Assembly: GCA_003528115.1 (NCBI GenBank)
Contig: DOGZ01000012.1
Location: 2,095-66,094, forward strand
DNA: 64,000 nucleotides
Source: Candidatus Omnitrophota bacterium
Lineage (GTDB): Bacteria; Omnitrophota; Gorgyraeia; Zapsychrales; Zapsychraceae
Direction: 5' to 3'
The position numbers were made by a program, and so were the translations under genes. Of the stretch, positions 1 through 9,664 are shown in pieces. Positions within the stretch are counted from its first letter, which is position 1. Each line of letters starts with the position of its first letter. The notes below the pieces were generated by a model, which saw nothing but the letters and a program-made list of their open reading frames with translations, did not search any database and was not told the origin of the DNA.

Positions 1-1459
1 CGTAGATGCCTCTTAACATGGCGGGCCAGGGAGTGGTGATGGCCAAATAACCTCCGCCCCGCTCGATATTTTTCCCGTCCTCGGACAAAACCGCGGCCTC
101 GATGCCCGGGAGGGCGCGGGTCGCGGAACCGGGTTTGAGCGGCGTCAACCCCGGCAGGGGAGAAATCAAAATACATCCGGTCTCTGTCTGCCACCAAGTG
201 TCCACGATGGGGCATTTCTCTTTACCGATGTAATGGTAATACCATATCCACGCCTCAGGGTTAATCGGCTCGCCGACACTGCCCAACAGACGCAGGCTGG
301 ACAAATCGCATTGTTCCGGCCACTGAGTTCCCCACTTCATGAAGGACCGGATCGCCGTCGGCGCCGTGTAAAGGATGGTCGCTCGATGCCGTTCAATAAT
401 CCGCCAAAACCTGTCCCGTTGGGGATAATCCGGACTGCCTTCATACATAATCTGCGTGGCCCCGTTGGCCATCGGCCCGTAGACGATGTAACTGTGGCCC
501 GTGACCCAGCCGATGTCCGCCGTGCACCAAAAAATGTCATCTGCCCTGAGATCAAAGACCCATTGAGTCGTCGCGGCGACGCCGGTCATGTACCCGCCCG
601 TGGTGTGAATAATGCCTTTGGGTTTCCCCGTCGTTCCCGAGGTGTAGAGGATATACAAAATATCTTCCGCGTCCATGGGCTCCGGAGGGCAGTACACCTT
701 CGCCTTTTCCATGAGATCATGATACCAGTAATCCCGCCCCGATTGCATGTTCACCGGATGCCCGGCGCGATTCACCACCAGGACATGCACAACGCACGGG
801 CACTGAGAAACGACTTCATCGGAAATGTCTTTCAGAGGAATCAATTTTCCTCTGCGATACCCGCCGTCGGCCGTAATCAAAAGTTTCGCCTGGGCGTCCA
901 GAATGCGGTCTTTCAAGGCCTCCGCGCTGAATCCGCCGAAGACAACCGTGTGAATAGCCCCCACGCGCGCGCAGGCCTGCATGGCAACGACGGCCTCGGG
1001 GATCATCGGCATATAAATGGCGACCCGGTCGCCTTTGACCACACCCAACGATTTAATCACATTGGCCAGCTTGTTGACGGCCAAATACATCTCATTGTAG
1101 GTTAAAACCTTTTGTTCACCCTCCGGTTCCCCTTCCCAAATAATGGCTTTCTTGCCGCCTAACCCCGCCTTGATGTGCCGGTCGAGACAATTATAACTCG
1201 CGTTGAGTTTCCCGCCGATAAACCACTTGGAATAAGGGACATCCCATTCCAAGACCTTATCCCACTTCTTAAACCATTCTAACTTCCCGGCCCATTCGGC
1301 CCAAAATCCCTGGGGATCTTGGCGCGCCCGCTCATAAATCGAGGCGTCCTTAATAAAAGCCTTGGCCTTAAAATCATAGGGTGGGTGAAAAATCCTGTTT
1401 TCTTCCAGGAGGGCCGAAACCGTCGCGTCCGACTTCAAAGGAATTTCTTCTGGCGTCAT
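1..1459 (-). CDS. acs: Acetyl-CoA synthetase (AMP-forming), N-terminal about 486 aa; the C-terminus runs off the left edge of the window
   Basis: Minus-strand translation from the ATG at 1459 reads [38 protein letters not shown]...[11 protein letters not shown]...WQTETG, which are classic Acs motifs. The 233..1105 plus-strand ORF in the track is the antisense shadow of this gene. Confidence 0.85.
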   Translation of the reverse strand, partial: MTPEEIPLKSDATVSALLEENRIFHPPYDFKAKAFIKDASIYERARQDPQGFWAEWAGKLEWFKKWDKVLEWDVPYSKWFIGGKLNASYNCLDRHIKAGLGGKKAIIWEGEPEGEQKVLTYNEMYLAVNKLANVIKSLGVVKGDRVAIYMPMIPEAVVAMQACARVGAIHTVVFGGFSAEALKDRILDAQAKLLITADGGYRRGKLIPLKDISDEVVSQCPCVVHVLVVNRAGHPVNMQSGRDYWYHDLMEKAKVYCPPEPMDAEDILYILYTSGTTGKPKGIIHTTGGYMTGVAATTQWVFDLRADDIFWCTADIGWVTGHSYIVYGPMANGATQIMYEGSPDYPQRDRFWRIIERHRATILYTAPTAIRSFMKWGTQWPEQCDLSSLRLLGSVGEPINPEAWIWYYHYIGKEKCPIVDTWWQTETGCILISPLPGLTPLKPGSATRALPGIEAAVLSEDGKNIERGGGYLAITTPWPAMLRGIY

Positions 1460-1563
1460 CCGTAACTCCCATCATTTTTCCTCATTCCCATTTAGAAAGA
1501 AATGACGAGGCTCGTCATTTAGATTTAAATGACGGCCTTTCTCTGAAAATTAAAGATCTCGTG

Positions 1564-2103
1564 CTAGACAATCAATTTAAGAATCTCGGCGAAATCCTCA
1601 TGGCTCGCGGATTTAAGAAGTTCAAATAAGATCATTTCGGTGCTCGTCACATGATCTCCCATGGCCGTCAGGCGGGCCAGGGCCAACTCTTTGTTTTCCA
1701 AAGTACGGGAAGAGACGGCATCGCCGACAACCTGGACTTCAAACCCCCGTTGAAGCAAATCCACGGCGGTCTGATAAACGCAAACATGCGTCTCGATTCC
1801 TGAAAGGATAATCTGTTTCTTGTGAAGGGACGTTAACGCCTGGATAAAACCGGCCTCACCGCAGCAACTAAAACTGGATTTCTCAATGGGATGCTGGTGG
1901 ACGAGGTATTGTGTGATTTCCGGGATCGTCTTTCCAATCTTGCCGGGAACTTGTTCCGTGTGAAGGATCGGGATGTTCAAGCTCTGGGCCGCCTGCAGTA
2001 AGATTTGAATGTTCTTGAATAACCGTGTTTTCTCATGCATCCGATGGGCCAACCTCCCCTGCATGTCCACCACCAGCAAGATCGTATTCTCGACAACAAA
2101 CAT
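1564..2103 (-). CDS. Isochorismatase-family cysteine hydrolase
   Basis: The protein contains LLVVDMQ near the N-terminus and the catalytic-Cys block HVCVYQTA, both typical of the isochorismatase / YcaC family. Confidence 0.75.
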   Translation of the reverse strand: MFVVENTILLVVDMQGRLAHRMHEKTRLFKNIQILLQAAQSLNIPILHTEQVPGKIGKTIPEITQYLVHQHPIEKSSFSCCGEAGFIQALTSLHKKQIILSGIETHVCVYQTAVDLLQRGFEVQVVGDAVSSRTLENKELALARLTAMGDHVTSTEMILFELLKSASHEDFAEILKLIV

Positions 2104-2139
2104 AAGTTTTTCAAGTAACGCTTTTTAAAAACGGGGGAT

Positions 2140-2316
2140 TCATGAATTCTCAAAAATGTCTTGGACGGGCTCCGGATTGTCCAATGTTTTCTCGTCCACC
2201 AATTGACGCGTGAGAAACCACACCAAAAAAAAGACTGCTAACGGAACCACAATAAACGTCACAAAGACCCAGGGATGGGCTTGTTTTGTTTTTGAGTTAT
2301 AAAAAATATGACTCAT
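2140..2316 (-). CDS. Small single-TM hypothetical protein (about 58 aa)
   Basis: Internal Met MSHIFYNSKTKQAHPWVFVTFIVVPLAVFFLVWFLTRQ... carries one hydrophobic helix. A strong GGAGGAG ribosome-binding site precedes a 9-codon leader, MKKILVVAL, whose stop overlaps this Met. The longer 100-aa ORF would overlap the CheX gene. Confidence 0.25.
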   Translation of the reverse strand: MSHIFYNSKTKQAHPWVFVTFIVVPLAVFFLVWFLTRQLVDEKTLDNPEPVQDIFENS

Positions 2317-2381
2317 AGCGCGACCACCAGAATCTTTTTCATGGCTCCTCCGTATTTTGGTAATAATAAATTGCAGTCCCC

Positions 2382-2969
2382 TTATCGGGTATGCGGATCC
2401 GGGGCCATCGAGATATCCAAAACCAACGCCTTGATCTGCCACAAGAAAAAACTTAATTCATACAATTTATATTCGCCGTAATGAAATTCAACCCCGTCAG
2501 GGATATCATTCACGTACTTACTGGGAGCGGAAATAACCAGATCACTGTATCCCAAGGCCGGCAAAGCATTTTTAAACTGCCCGGCAATCATGTTACAAAA
2601 CTCGCCGCAACCGTTGAGAATGGACTCCACATCCTCTTCATTGGACCCAACGCCTTCAAAATTCAAGGCCTTCATCAACTTCTCAATAATTTCTTCCAGG
2701 ATATAAAGAACCATCACCCCCTGGACGTTTTTGGCTTCATATTCCCGCTTATTTAAATAAAAATTAACGACGGCGATATAACACGGGCCGTTAAATTTCT
2801 CCAGCCCGAAAATCCGCATGCGGCTGTTATATTCAATGATTTCCCGCTCAACATATTCCGGTTCTTTGGAGAAAGTCAAATGACAGGTCTTGGTGAAGAT
2901 TTCCTGAACACATCCTATTAATGTCGTCGCGATAGCTTGTTTATCAAATCCCTTGTCTTTGGCTGTCAT
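2382..2969 (-). CDS. cheX: CheX/CheC-like chemotaxis phosphatase domain protein
   Basis: The protein contains NGCGEFCNMIAGQFKNAL, which matches the E-x-x-N-x-x-x-G signature of CheX/CheC. The size is compatible. No other che genes are present in the window. Confidence 0.5.
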   Translation of the reverse strand: MTAKDKGFDKQAIATTLIGCVQEIFTKTCHLTFSKEPEYVEREIIEYNSRMRIFGLEKFNGPCYIAVVNFYLNKREYEAKNVQGVMVLYILEEIIEKLMKALNFEGVGSNEEDVESILNGCGEFCNMIAGQFKNALPALGYSDLVISAPSKYVNDIPDGVEFHYGEYKLYELSFFLWQIKALVLDISMAPDPHTR

Positions 2970-3100
2970 CCATCAATCCCCGCTGTGCCTTTCTCTATGT
3001 TCACGGATTTTTTGTGAAGATAGATTATAATGCCAACCCGTCCCTGTCAATCCAATATAAAGAATTTTTGACAATCCGTTCACCGAATAAAAACAAGAAT

Positions 3101-3415
3101 TTAATTCTTCTCCAAGAATAATGCCAATAAACTGGCAGTCAGTGCAAAACCTGCCATTAAGCTGAATAAAACATTAAATCCCAAACTCGAAGCAAGCACG
3201 CCACCCAAGATGGCCGCTCCTCCTTCAAACAATGATCGGTATCCATAAAAATTGGAATAAGTGTTTCTTTCTTTTCCCTCCTCTAAAGCCAAAGCAATCA
3301 CAGTGCTCCAAGATGGATTAATAATCACTTCCGCAAAAGCCAAAAGTCCCTGGATCCATACTACATGGATAGTTTTTACTCTCATCCCCGCCTTAAATAA
3401 AGGCGGGGAATTCAC
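3101..3415 (-). pseudogene. Probable C-terminal remnant of a membrane transporter (last 2–3 TM helices only)
   Basis: The 104-aa ORF is mostly hydrophobic helices (GGAAILGGVLASSLGFNVLFSLMAGFALTASLLALF). It has no N-terminal body and is wedged between the CheX and P-II-like genes. Confidence 0.25.
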
Positions 3416-3422
3416 GCTTAAA

Positions 3423-3761
3423 TTAAAGCGCCTCTTTATCGGTCTTACCAGTTCGAATACTCACAACATGATCAAGAGTTGTAACAAGAATTTTACCGTC
3501 CCCTTTGCGCCCCGTATAGGCATTTTCTTTGATGCATTTAACAATCTGATCAGCTTCTTCATCAAGGCAGGCGATTTCAATTCTAATTTTTGGTGTAAAT
3601 TCTGTAACATAATCTCTGGAATGATGCGGATAGGCTTCGTCCTTTTCTTTTCCAAATCCCTTTATTTCGCTGATACTCATCCCCCGAATATGAATCCCAT
3701 GCAGGGCGTCTGTTATCTTCTGAAGCATAAACGGTTGAATGTAAGCTTTGATTTCTTTCAT
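3423..3761 (-). CDS. P-II (GlnB-like) superfamily protein, PII-NG type, directly downstream of czcA
   Basis: MKEIKAYIQPFMLQKITDAL...GMSISEIKGFG...RIEIACLDEEADQIVKCIKENAYTGRKGDGKILVTTLDHV shows the P-II fold pattern. The start is assigned to the internal Met, 12 nt after the czcA stop. Confidence 0.7.
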   Translation of the reverse strand: MKEIKAYIQPFMLQKITDALHGIHIRGMSISEIKGFGKEKDEAYPHHSRDYVTEFTPKIRIEIACLDEEADQIVKCIKENAYTGRKGDGKILVTTLDHVVSIRTGKTDKEAL

Positions 3762-3799
3762 GGTTTGTCTCCTCTTGTTTTTTACCATAGAACCCTCTC

Positions 3800-6700
3800 C
3801 TAGAATTCGATCTGTTCTTCTTTAACAAACCATCCATAAAAGGCCGGAATGGCGAATAGCGTCAAGAATGTTGATGAAATTAATCCGCCGATAACAACAA
3901 TAGCCAAGGGTCTTTGTACTTCCGATCCCGTGCCTGATGAAAAAACTAACGGAATTAAACCCAACGCCGCCGCTAAAGCTGTCATTAAAACCGGCCTTAA
4001 ACGATCTATTCCGCCCTGGATCGAGGCCGGGATCATGTCATTTCCCTCCAATCTAAGCTGCCCAATGCGCGATACCAATACCAGACCATTTCCGACGGCA
4101 ATCCCGAAAAGAGCAATAAACCCCACGGACGCCGGAACAGACAAATTTTCTCCGGTAAGGAACAGCGCGATTAAACCTCCCACCAGAGCTAGCGGGATAT
4201 TAAGAATAATCAAAAAAGCCTTTTGAAGAGAGCTAAAAGTCGAATAGAGAAGAAGAAATATCAAACCAATCGTGATGGGAACAACCACCGCCAGTCTTTT
4301 ATTGGCTTTTTGCTGAAGCTCAAACTGTCCTCCCCATTCAACAATATAGCCGGGCGGGAGTTTTATCTTTTCTTTTATAGCTTTTTCTCCCTCTTCGACA
4401 AAACTTCCCATATCTCGTCCGCGGACATTGCATTGAACAACGATAAACCGCTGGTTATTTTCTCTTGTAATCTGACGGGAACCGACAACTTCCTTAATAT
4501 CAGCTAACTGAGCTAAAGGTACATGCGCTCCATTGGGGGCTGATAGAAGAAGCCGCGCAATCGCGTCTTTGCTTGCTCGATCCTCTTCTCTGTATCGAAC
4601 AAGAATATCAAAACGTTTCACACCTTCAAAAACCTGCCCGGCTGTTTCTCCTCCCACAGATGCCCTGATAGTCGACTGTACCTCTTCCATACTTAAGCCG
4701 TAGCGAGCTATCTTATGAGGATCAGGAGTTATGATTAACTGCGGCGCGCCGGTTACCTGATCAGCCTGCACATCCGCGGACCCCGGCACTTCTTTAATAA
4801 CTTCAACAATTTTGTCCGCAAGCTCTTTAAGCTCAGTAAGATCATCCCCGTAAATTTTAATGGCCAAATCAGAGCGGATACCCTCCAACAACTCATCAAT
4901 CGACATGGCAATCGGCTGAGTGAAACCCAAATTAATCCCCGGGAATTTTTCCATTTTTTCGCTGATGGCCTCAAATAACTCTTCTTGAGTTTTAGCTGTC
5001 TTCCATTCTTTCTTTGGTTTTAGAGAGACATACATCTCCGCGCTATTGACCGGATCAGCGTGGGCACCCACTTCTCCGCGGCCGACACGGCTGACAACTT
5101 GAGTCACCTCGGGGAATTTCATAAGCTGCTTTTCGATAAGGAGTGCTGTGTTCCTTGATTCAGTTAACGAAATTGACGGAGCCATTGTAGCCCGGACTAC
5201 CAATGTTCCCTCCTGGAGTTCAGGAGTAAATTCTTTTCCTAAAAACGGAATAGTCATAAATCCCACAATAGCAAATATGATTGTTGAAATGAGCGTAATT
5301 TTTCTATGTTGAACAAAATACGTCACCCATGGTTTGTAGAACTTTTGTAAACTGCCCACAAACTTCGCGCTTAAGGAGACAAGCAAACCTTGCGTCTTCT
5401 CTTTTTTCATAATGACTGAACTTAAGGCGGGAACGAAGAACATCGCATAGACAAGAGAACTGCTCATCGACATCATGATGGTTAAGGCTAACGGACCGAA
5501 TGTTTTCCCCTCGACTCCTTGTAAAGTAAGAAGCGGTAAAAACACAATGACGATAATCAAGATGGCAAAGAAAATCGGCTGTCCCACTTCCCGACATGCC
5601 TCACCGATAATTTTTACTTTGGATTGATCTTTAGATTGCGGTAGGTGAAAATGACGTTCACAGTTTTCCACCATAACAATCGCCGCGTCAACCAATATCC
5701 CGATAGCAATAGCCAATCCTCCCAATGTCATCAAATTGGCTGAGATTTTAAAGGCGCTCATGAGAATAAAAGTCAAGAACACGCTGAAAATAATGGCTCC
5801 GGCCACAATAATTGTTTCCCGGAATCCTCCGATAAAAATAAAAAGGACTAAGGTCACCAATACAATCCCTTCCAGCAAGGCATGAGTAACGGTTTTAACG
5901 CAGGCTTCAACCAGCGTCTTCTGGTCATAATAAGGAATAATTTTGATGCCTTCGGGTAAAGCGGCATTAATTTTCTTCATGCGCTCTTCTACGTTACGGA
6001 TAACGGTTGACGTATTAGAACCGAACAACTTGACCACCATCCCGGCCACAACTTCCTTGGTGCCGTTAAAGGTCTGTAAACCGCGGCGGACAGCCCCGCC
6101 GATTTTAATATCAGCGACTTGGCTAAGATAAATCCGGGTATTATCTTCCAAAGTTTTAATAACAACATTTTCCAAATGTTCGATATTTCTGACTAATCCA
6201 ATCGAACGGATAACGTATTCCTCCTGGCCCTTCTCGATAAATTGCGCTCCCACGTTGAGATTATTTCGTTTAATAGCCTCGATGATCTCAGAAAGCGTTA
6301 AATTATAAGCCAACAATTTCTCAGGGCGGATAACAACCTGATATTGTTTCTCCTCACCGCCTATCCCCAAAACTTCGGTAACCCCCGGAACAGTTTGTAA
6401 ATTAAATTTAATGAGCCAATCCTGAATAGTTCTCATTTCTTCAGCGGTGCGCGTACCTGTCTCATCTTCCAAATAATAAAACAATACCAATCCCAGCCCT
6501 GTTGAAATAGGCCCCATTCCCGGTTCACCCATGCCTTCCGGAATTTGTTCCCGGGCTTCATTTAATCTTTCAGACACTAACTGTCTTGCCCAAAAAATAT
6601 CCGTTCCATCTTTAAAATAGACATTCACAACTGAAAGTCCGAAATTAGAGATCGACCGGATCTCCTCCACATTAGGAAGCCCATTCATCGCGGATTCAAC

Positions 6701-6910
6701 AGGATAGGTCACCAATTGCTCGACTTCCTCAGGCGCCAACCCTTCTGTCTCGGTAAAAACCTGAACTAAGGCCGGGGTCACGTCCGGAAAGGCATCAATC
6801 GGCAGGCGGTCATAAGCAAATTTTCCAAAAACACATATGGCCACAAAGGCCACAAAAACAAGAAGACGGTTTTTTAAAGATGCGTCTATAATTCTATTGA
6901 TCATCATCAA
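3800..6910 (-). CDS. czcA: Heavy-metal efflux RND transporter, CzcA/CusA family
   Basis: The 1036-aa protein has a 12-TM RND architecture. Its N-terminus, NRIIDASLKNRLLVFVAFVAICVFG...DAFPDVT, is typical of heavy-metal-efflux RND pumps. Confidence 0.9.
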   Translation of the reverse strand: MMMINRIIDASLKNRLLVFVAFVAICVFGKFAYDRLPIDAFPDVTPALVQVFTETEGLAPEEVEQLVTYPVESAMNGLPNVEEIRSISNFGLSVVNVYFKDGTDIFWARQLVSERLNEAREQIPEGMGEPGMGPISTGLGLVLFYYLEDETGTRTAEEMRTIQDWLIKFNLQTVPGVTEVLGIGGEEKQYQVVIRPEKLLAYNLTLSEIIEAIKRNNLNVGAQFIEKGQEEYVIRSIGLVRNIEHLENVVIKTLEDNTRIYLSQVADIKIGGAVRRGLQTFNGTKEVVAGMVVKLFGSNTSTVIRNVEERMKKINAALPEGIKIIPYYDQKTLVEACVKTVTHALLEGIVLVTLVLFIFIGGFRETIIVAGAIIFSVFLTFILMSAFKISANLMTLGGLAIAIGILVDAAIVMVENCERHFHLPQSKDQSKVKIIGEACREVGQPIFFAILIIVIVFLPLLTLQGVEGKTFGPLALTIMMSMSSSLVYAMFFVPALSSVIMKKEKTQGLLVSLSAKFVGSLQKFYKPWVTYFVQHRKITLISTIIFAIVGFMTIPFLGKEFTPELQEGTLVVRATMAPSISLTESRNTALLIEKQLMKFPEVTQVVSRVGRGEVGAHADPVNSAEMYVSLKPKKEWKTAKTQEELFEAISEKMEKFPGINLGFTQPIAMSIDELLEGIRSDLAIKIYGDDLTELKELADKIVEVIKEVPGSADVQADQVTGAPQLIITPDPHKIARYGLSMEEVQSTIRASVGGETAGQVFEGVKRFDILVRYREEDRASKDAIARLLLSAPNGAHVPLAQLADIKEVVGSRQITRENNQRFIVVQCNVRGRDMGSFVEEGEKAIKEKIKLPPGYIVEWGGQFELQQKANKRLAVVVPITIGLIFLLLYSTFSSLQKAFLIILNIPLALVGGLIALFLTGENLSVPASVGFIALFGIAVGNGLVLVSRIGQLRLEGNDMIPASIQGGIDRLRPVLMTALAAALGLIPLVFSSGTGSEVQRPLAIVVIGGLISSTFLTLFAIPAFYGWFVKEEQIEF

Positions 6911-6965
6911 ACTCCCTGATTAGTAGTTATCCCTTGGCTCTATTGAACGGAAAGGTTTGGTCAAA

Positions 6966-7955
6966 TCAATGGCCATGCCCGTCTCCAAAAGATTCTTTGG
7001 CTTGTTCGCTCTTTAAATTAAAACTTCCTTGAGTCACAACGTGTTCGCTTTCCTCGACACCCTTTTTTATCTCCACATAATCGCCGAAGCTTTGCCCTAA
7101 AGTCACTTCTCTTAAAGCAAATTTATTTTTACTTCCCTTCACAAAAACAATATCCTCTCCGTTAAGTTCCTGAACCGCGCTCCGGGGAATCGCCGAAACT
7201 TCCTTATCAGAATCATAGATCAACTCTCCGGACACAAACATTCCTAAACGTAGCAAATGTTCGGAGTTATCAACATTGATCCGCACCTTTATCGCCTGAG
7301 ATTCCTCTTCCACCTGAGGAGAAATATAAACAACCTCACCTAAGAACTTTTTGCCGGGAAAGGCAATGGATTCAATTTCAGCCTTTTGTCCGACCTTTAC
7401 AGAACCGATATCCTTCTCATACACATCCACCGTCACTCGCAATTTATCGATGTTGACAATACTCATTAATGACTTTAATCTATCGACATGATCTCCCCGC
7501 TTAACATAAATAGCCAAAATGACCCCGGTGCTTTCCGATAAAATATCCTGAATACTGCCGTCAGATTTACGGATGGTTAACAATGCGCTTTCTTTTTCAA
7601 CCGTAGCCCCTAAGTCCACATGAATCTTTTCAACAATACCGTCATCCGCTGTTACATAAGAGTGTTCTTCTGTATCCTTGGCTACTTTACCAAAGACCTT
7701 AAGACGATACTCCACAAGCCGCTTTTCAACCGTCGCGGTTTTTAATTGAATCATCCCCTGGGCTTCCTCGTCCAGCTCAATGATACCCTCTTCATGACCG
7801 GCTTCTTCATCTTCGCCATGCTCATCTCCCTGTTCTTTTTGGTCGGCATGTTTCTCCTCTTCAGCCTTGGAACAACTCATCGTTGGCATGCTAAGCACAA
7901 CGGCAAAAAGGCCCACGATCAGGATTTTATTGATATAAACAAAATGCTTTTTCAT
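6966..7955 (-). CDS. czcB: RND efflux periplasmic adaptor (membrane fusion protein) with His-rich ends
   Basis: Signal/TM N-terminus. A His/Glu-rich stretch, HADQKEQGDEHGEDEEAGHEEG, is followed by beta-barrel/lipoyl-like MFP regions and a C-terminal GDGHGH. The gene overlaps czcC by 4 nt, consistent with an operon. Confidence 0.8.
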   Translation of the reverse strand: MKKHFVYINKILIVGLFAVVLSMPTMSCSKAEEEKHADQKEQGDEHGEDEEAGHEEGIIELDEEAQGMIQLKTATVEKRLVEYRLKVFGKVAKDTEEHSYVTADDGIVEKIHVDLGATVEKESALLTIRKSDGSIQDILSESTGVILAIYVKRGDHVDRLKSLMSIVNIDKLRVTVDVYEKDIGSVKVGQKAEIESIAFPGKKFLGEVVYISPQVEEESQAIKVRINVDNSEHLLRLGMFVSGELIYDSDKEVSAIPRSAVQELNGEDIVFVKGSKNKFALREVTLGQSFGDYVEIKKGVEESEHVVTQGSFNLKSEQAKESFGDGHGH

Positions 7956-9241
7956 TTCTTTTTCTCCTGTGTAAATTCTTGTGTTTTACCAATGGATTGC
8001 TCTAAATCCGCTAACCTATGAGAATAGTCGGTCAGGGCCTCAAGATATTCCTGTTTTGTTTTTTGATAAGAAGCTATCCCCTCTAAATAAGTCAAGAATG
8101 GCGCTTCCCCTTCCTCATATTCAATGGTAATGATCCGCAATAATTCATTGGCCTCTTTAATAGAGTCCTCCAAATTATGGACGGTTTGAAAGGTCAGGTT
8201 GACATTTTGAAAAGCTTCGTAGACCTCAAGCTCTACCATCCTGTTTAAGGCTTCAAGGCGAATCCCGGCTGTTTCTTTTTCCAGCTTGGCGGCTTTGACA
8301 TCTCCTTGATATTGATGCCACAGCGGCAATTCAAAAGAAATCCCCGCGCCCGCGTTGTACAATTCATCTTCCCGATTCGCGAAGCCACTCACCGTGACAT
8401 CCGGTAATTTCTGGCGTTGGGCGAGTTTAAGCTCTTTATCACGTTTAACAACTTCCTGCTGTTGGCTCAAAATTTCCGTATTTTGAGATATGGCCATATT
8501 AAGGTATTCTTTCAAAGTTTTCGCGATGGCCTTGGGCGTGAGGTTATCCTGCAACTTAATAACCTCATTCATTTTTCTGCCCAAAAGAATATTTAATTTT
8601 CCAAGAGCAATGCGAAAATCATTTTCTACCTTTAATAAACTGTTTCTGACATTAGCAGCTTCTAGTTTTGCCCTGGCCAATTCGTGATTACGCGCCTTGC
8701 CTGTGTTAAACCGAACCTGGACCTGATCCAAAAGCCTTCTGGCGATATTCAAATTTTCTTCTGCCAGCTCAATACTTTTCTGTCCAAGAAGGGTTTGAGC
8801 GTACTGCTCTTTGATCTGACGGTAAACGTCTAACCACAACTTCTTATATTCCAGCTCTGCCTGAACCACTTCATCTTTGGCAATACCGATTTTTAGCCCC
8901 TTCTTTCCCCACAATTCCAAGGGTTGCTTCACTCTTCCTTCACCCTCAAGCACGCGCTTGTCATATTCGTTTTCACCGGTAAAGTCCTTACGTAATTTAT
9001 TAACCTCAAATTCGATTTCCGGATTGGCAAACTTGCGGGATTGACGAAAGCGTGCTTTCTGTATTTCGACTTTCTTGCGCGCCTCCAGCACCTCTGGATT
9101 ATTTTGCGATGCGATTGAAAGAGCCTTCTCTAAAGACACCACCTCCGGTTGCTCTTGCGCCGGCAGAGGCACAATAAGAATGGCCATTAGAAATAAAATA
9201 ATAAAATTAATTCTTAAAATAAGGACAATCATTATCGGCAC
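7952..9241 (-). CDS. czcC: TolC-family outer-membrane efflux protein (CzcC-like)
   Basis: The 429-aa protein has a signal peptide and two coiled-coil/beta repeat halves typical of outer membrane factor proteins. It is the first gene of the czcCBA-ordered operon. Confidence 0.8.
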   Translation of the reverse strand: MPIMIVLILRINFIILFLMAILIVPLPAQEQPEVVSLEKALSIASQNNPEVLEARKKVEIQKARFRQSRKFANPEIEFEVNKLRKDFTGENEYDKRVLEGEGRVKQPLELWGKKGLKIGIAKDEVVQAELEYKKLWLDVYRQIKEQYAQTLLGQKSIELAEENLNIARRLLDQVQVRFNTGKARNHELARAKLEAANVRNSLLKVENDFRIALGKLNILLGRKMNEVIKLQDNLTPKAIAKTLKEYLNMAISQNTEILSQQQEVVKRDKELKLAQRQKLPDVTVSGFANREDELYNAGAGISFELPLWHQYQGDVKAAKLEKETAGIRLEALNRMVELEVYEAFQNVNLTFQTVHNLEDSIKEANELLRIITIEYEEGEAPFLTYLEGIASYQKTKQEYLEALTDYSHRLADLEQSIGKTQEFTQEKKK

Positions 9242-9322
9242 CTCATAACAATTTTTTTAAAAAGAAATCAACTTAACTCAAAGGATATTTAACTTTAAGA
9301 AACAGAGGAAAGGGTGAAACTT

Positions 9323-9583
9323 TTAGGCGGAAATAATTGGGGGGCGTTTGTGGACAAGAATGGTAGGATTTTCGAAGGATAAACTGTATGCGGTGGTCGT
9401 TGTGAACATCGGGGGCACTGCTATGCTGGGAGTTTGATTACTTGGGGGAATAACATGATGACAACAGGTATGACAGACCAACACACAGTTGTGCTCTGCG
9501 GAAGGATCGGCACAAAATCCATCCAAAGGCAGAAAGGACAAAATCATTACAACAAAAAGTAATATTTGGAAAATTTTTTTCAT
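9323..9583 (-). CDS. Small exported Cys/His-rich protein (candidate metal-binding)
   Basis: Signal peptide MKKIFQILLFVVMILSFLPLDGFCA, then HNCVLVCHTCCHHVIPPS. It sits immediately upstream of the czc operon on the same strand. Confidence 0.35.
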   Translation of the reverse strand: MKKIFQILLFVVMILSFLPLDGFCADPSAEHNCVLVCHTCCHHVIPPSNQTPSIAVPPMFTTTTAYSLSFENPTILVHKRPPIISA

Positions 9584-9664
9584 AATTTTTTGTAGTTTAT
9601 AATTTAAATCAAATTTGTCAAGATTTTCCTTATCTTTTTTGCTCGGGCTTACCGTTAGCTAAAT

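Noticed and set aside
233-1105. 290-aa plus-strand ORF
   Set aside because: It is the antisense shadow of the acs gene. The minus-strand frame gives a textbook acetyl-CoA synthetase, while the plus-strand ORF is Arg/Pro/His-rich low-complexity sequence.
3261-3837. Overlapping ORFs 3261..3803(+), 3461..3655(-) and 3583..3837(-)
   Set aside because: They overlap the well-supported P-II-like gene and the czcA end, and their translations are low-complexity with no motifs.
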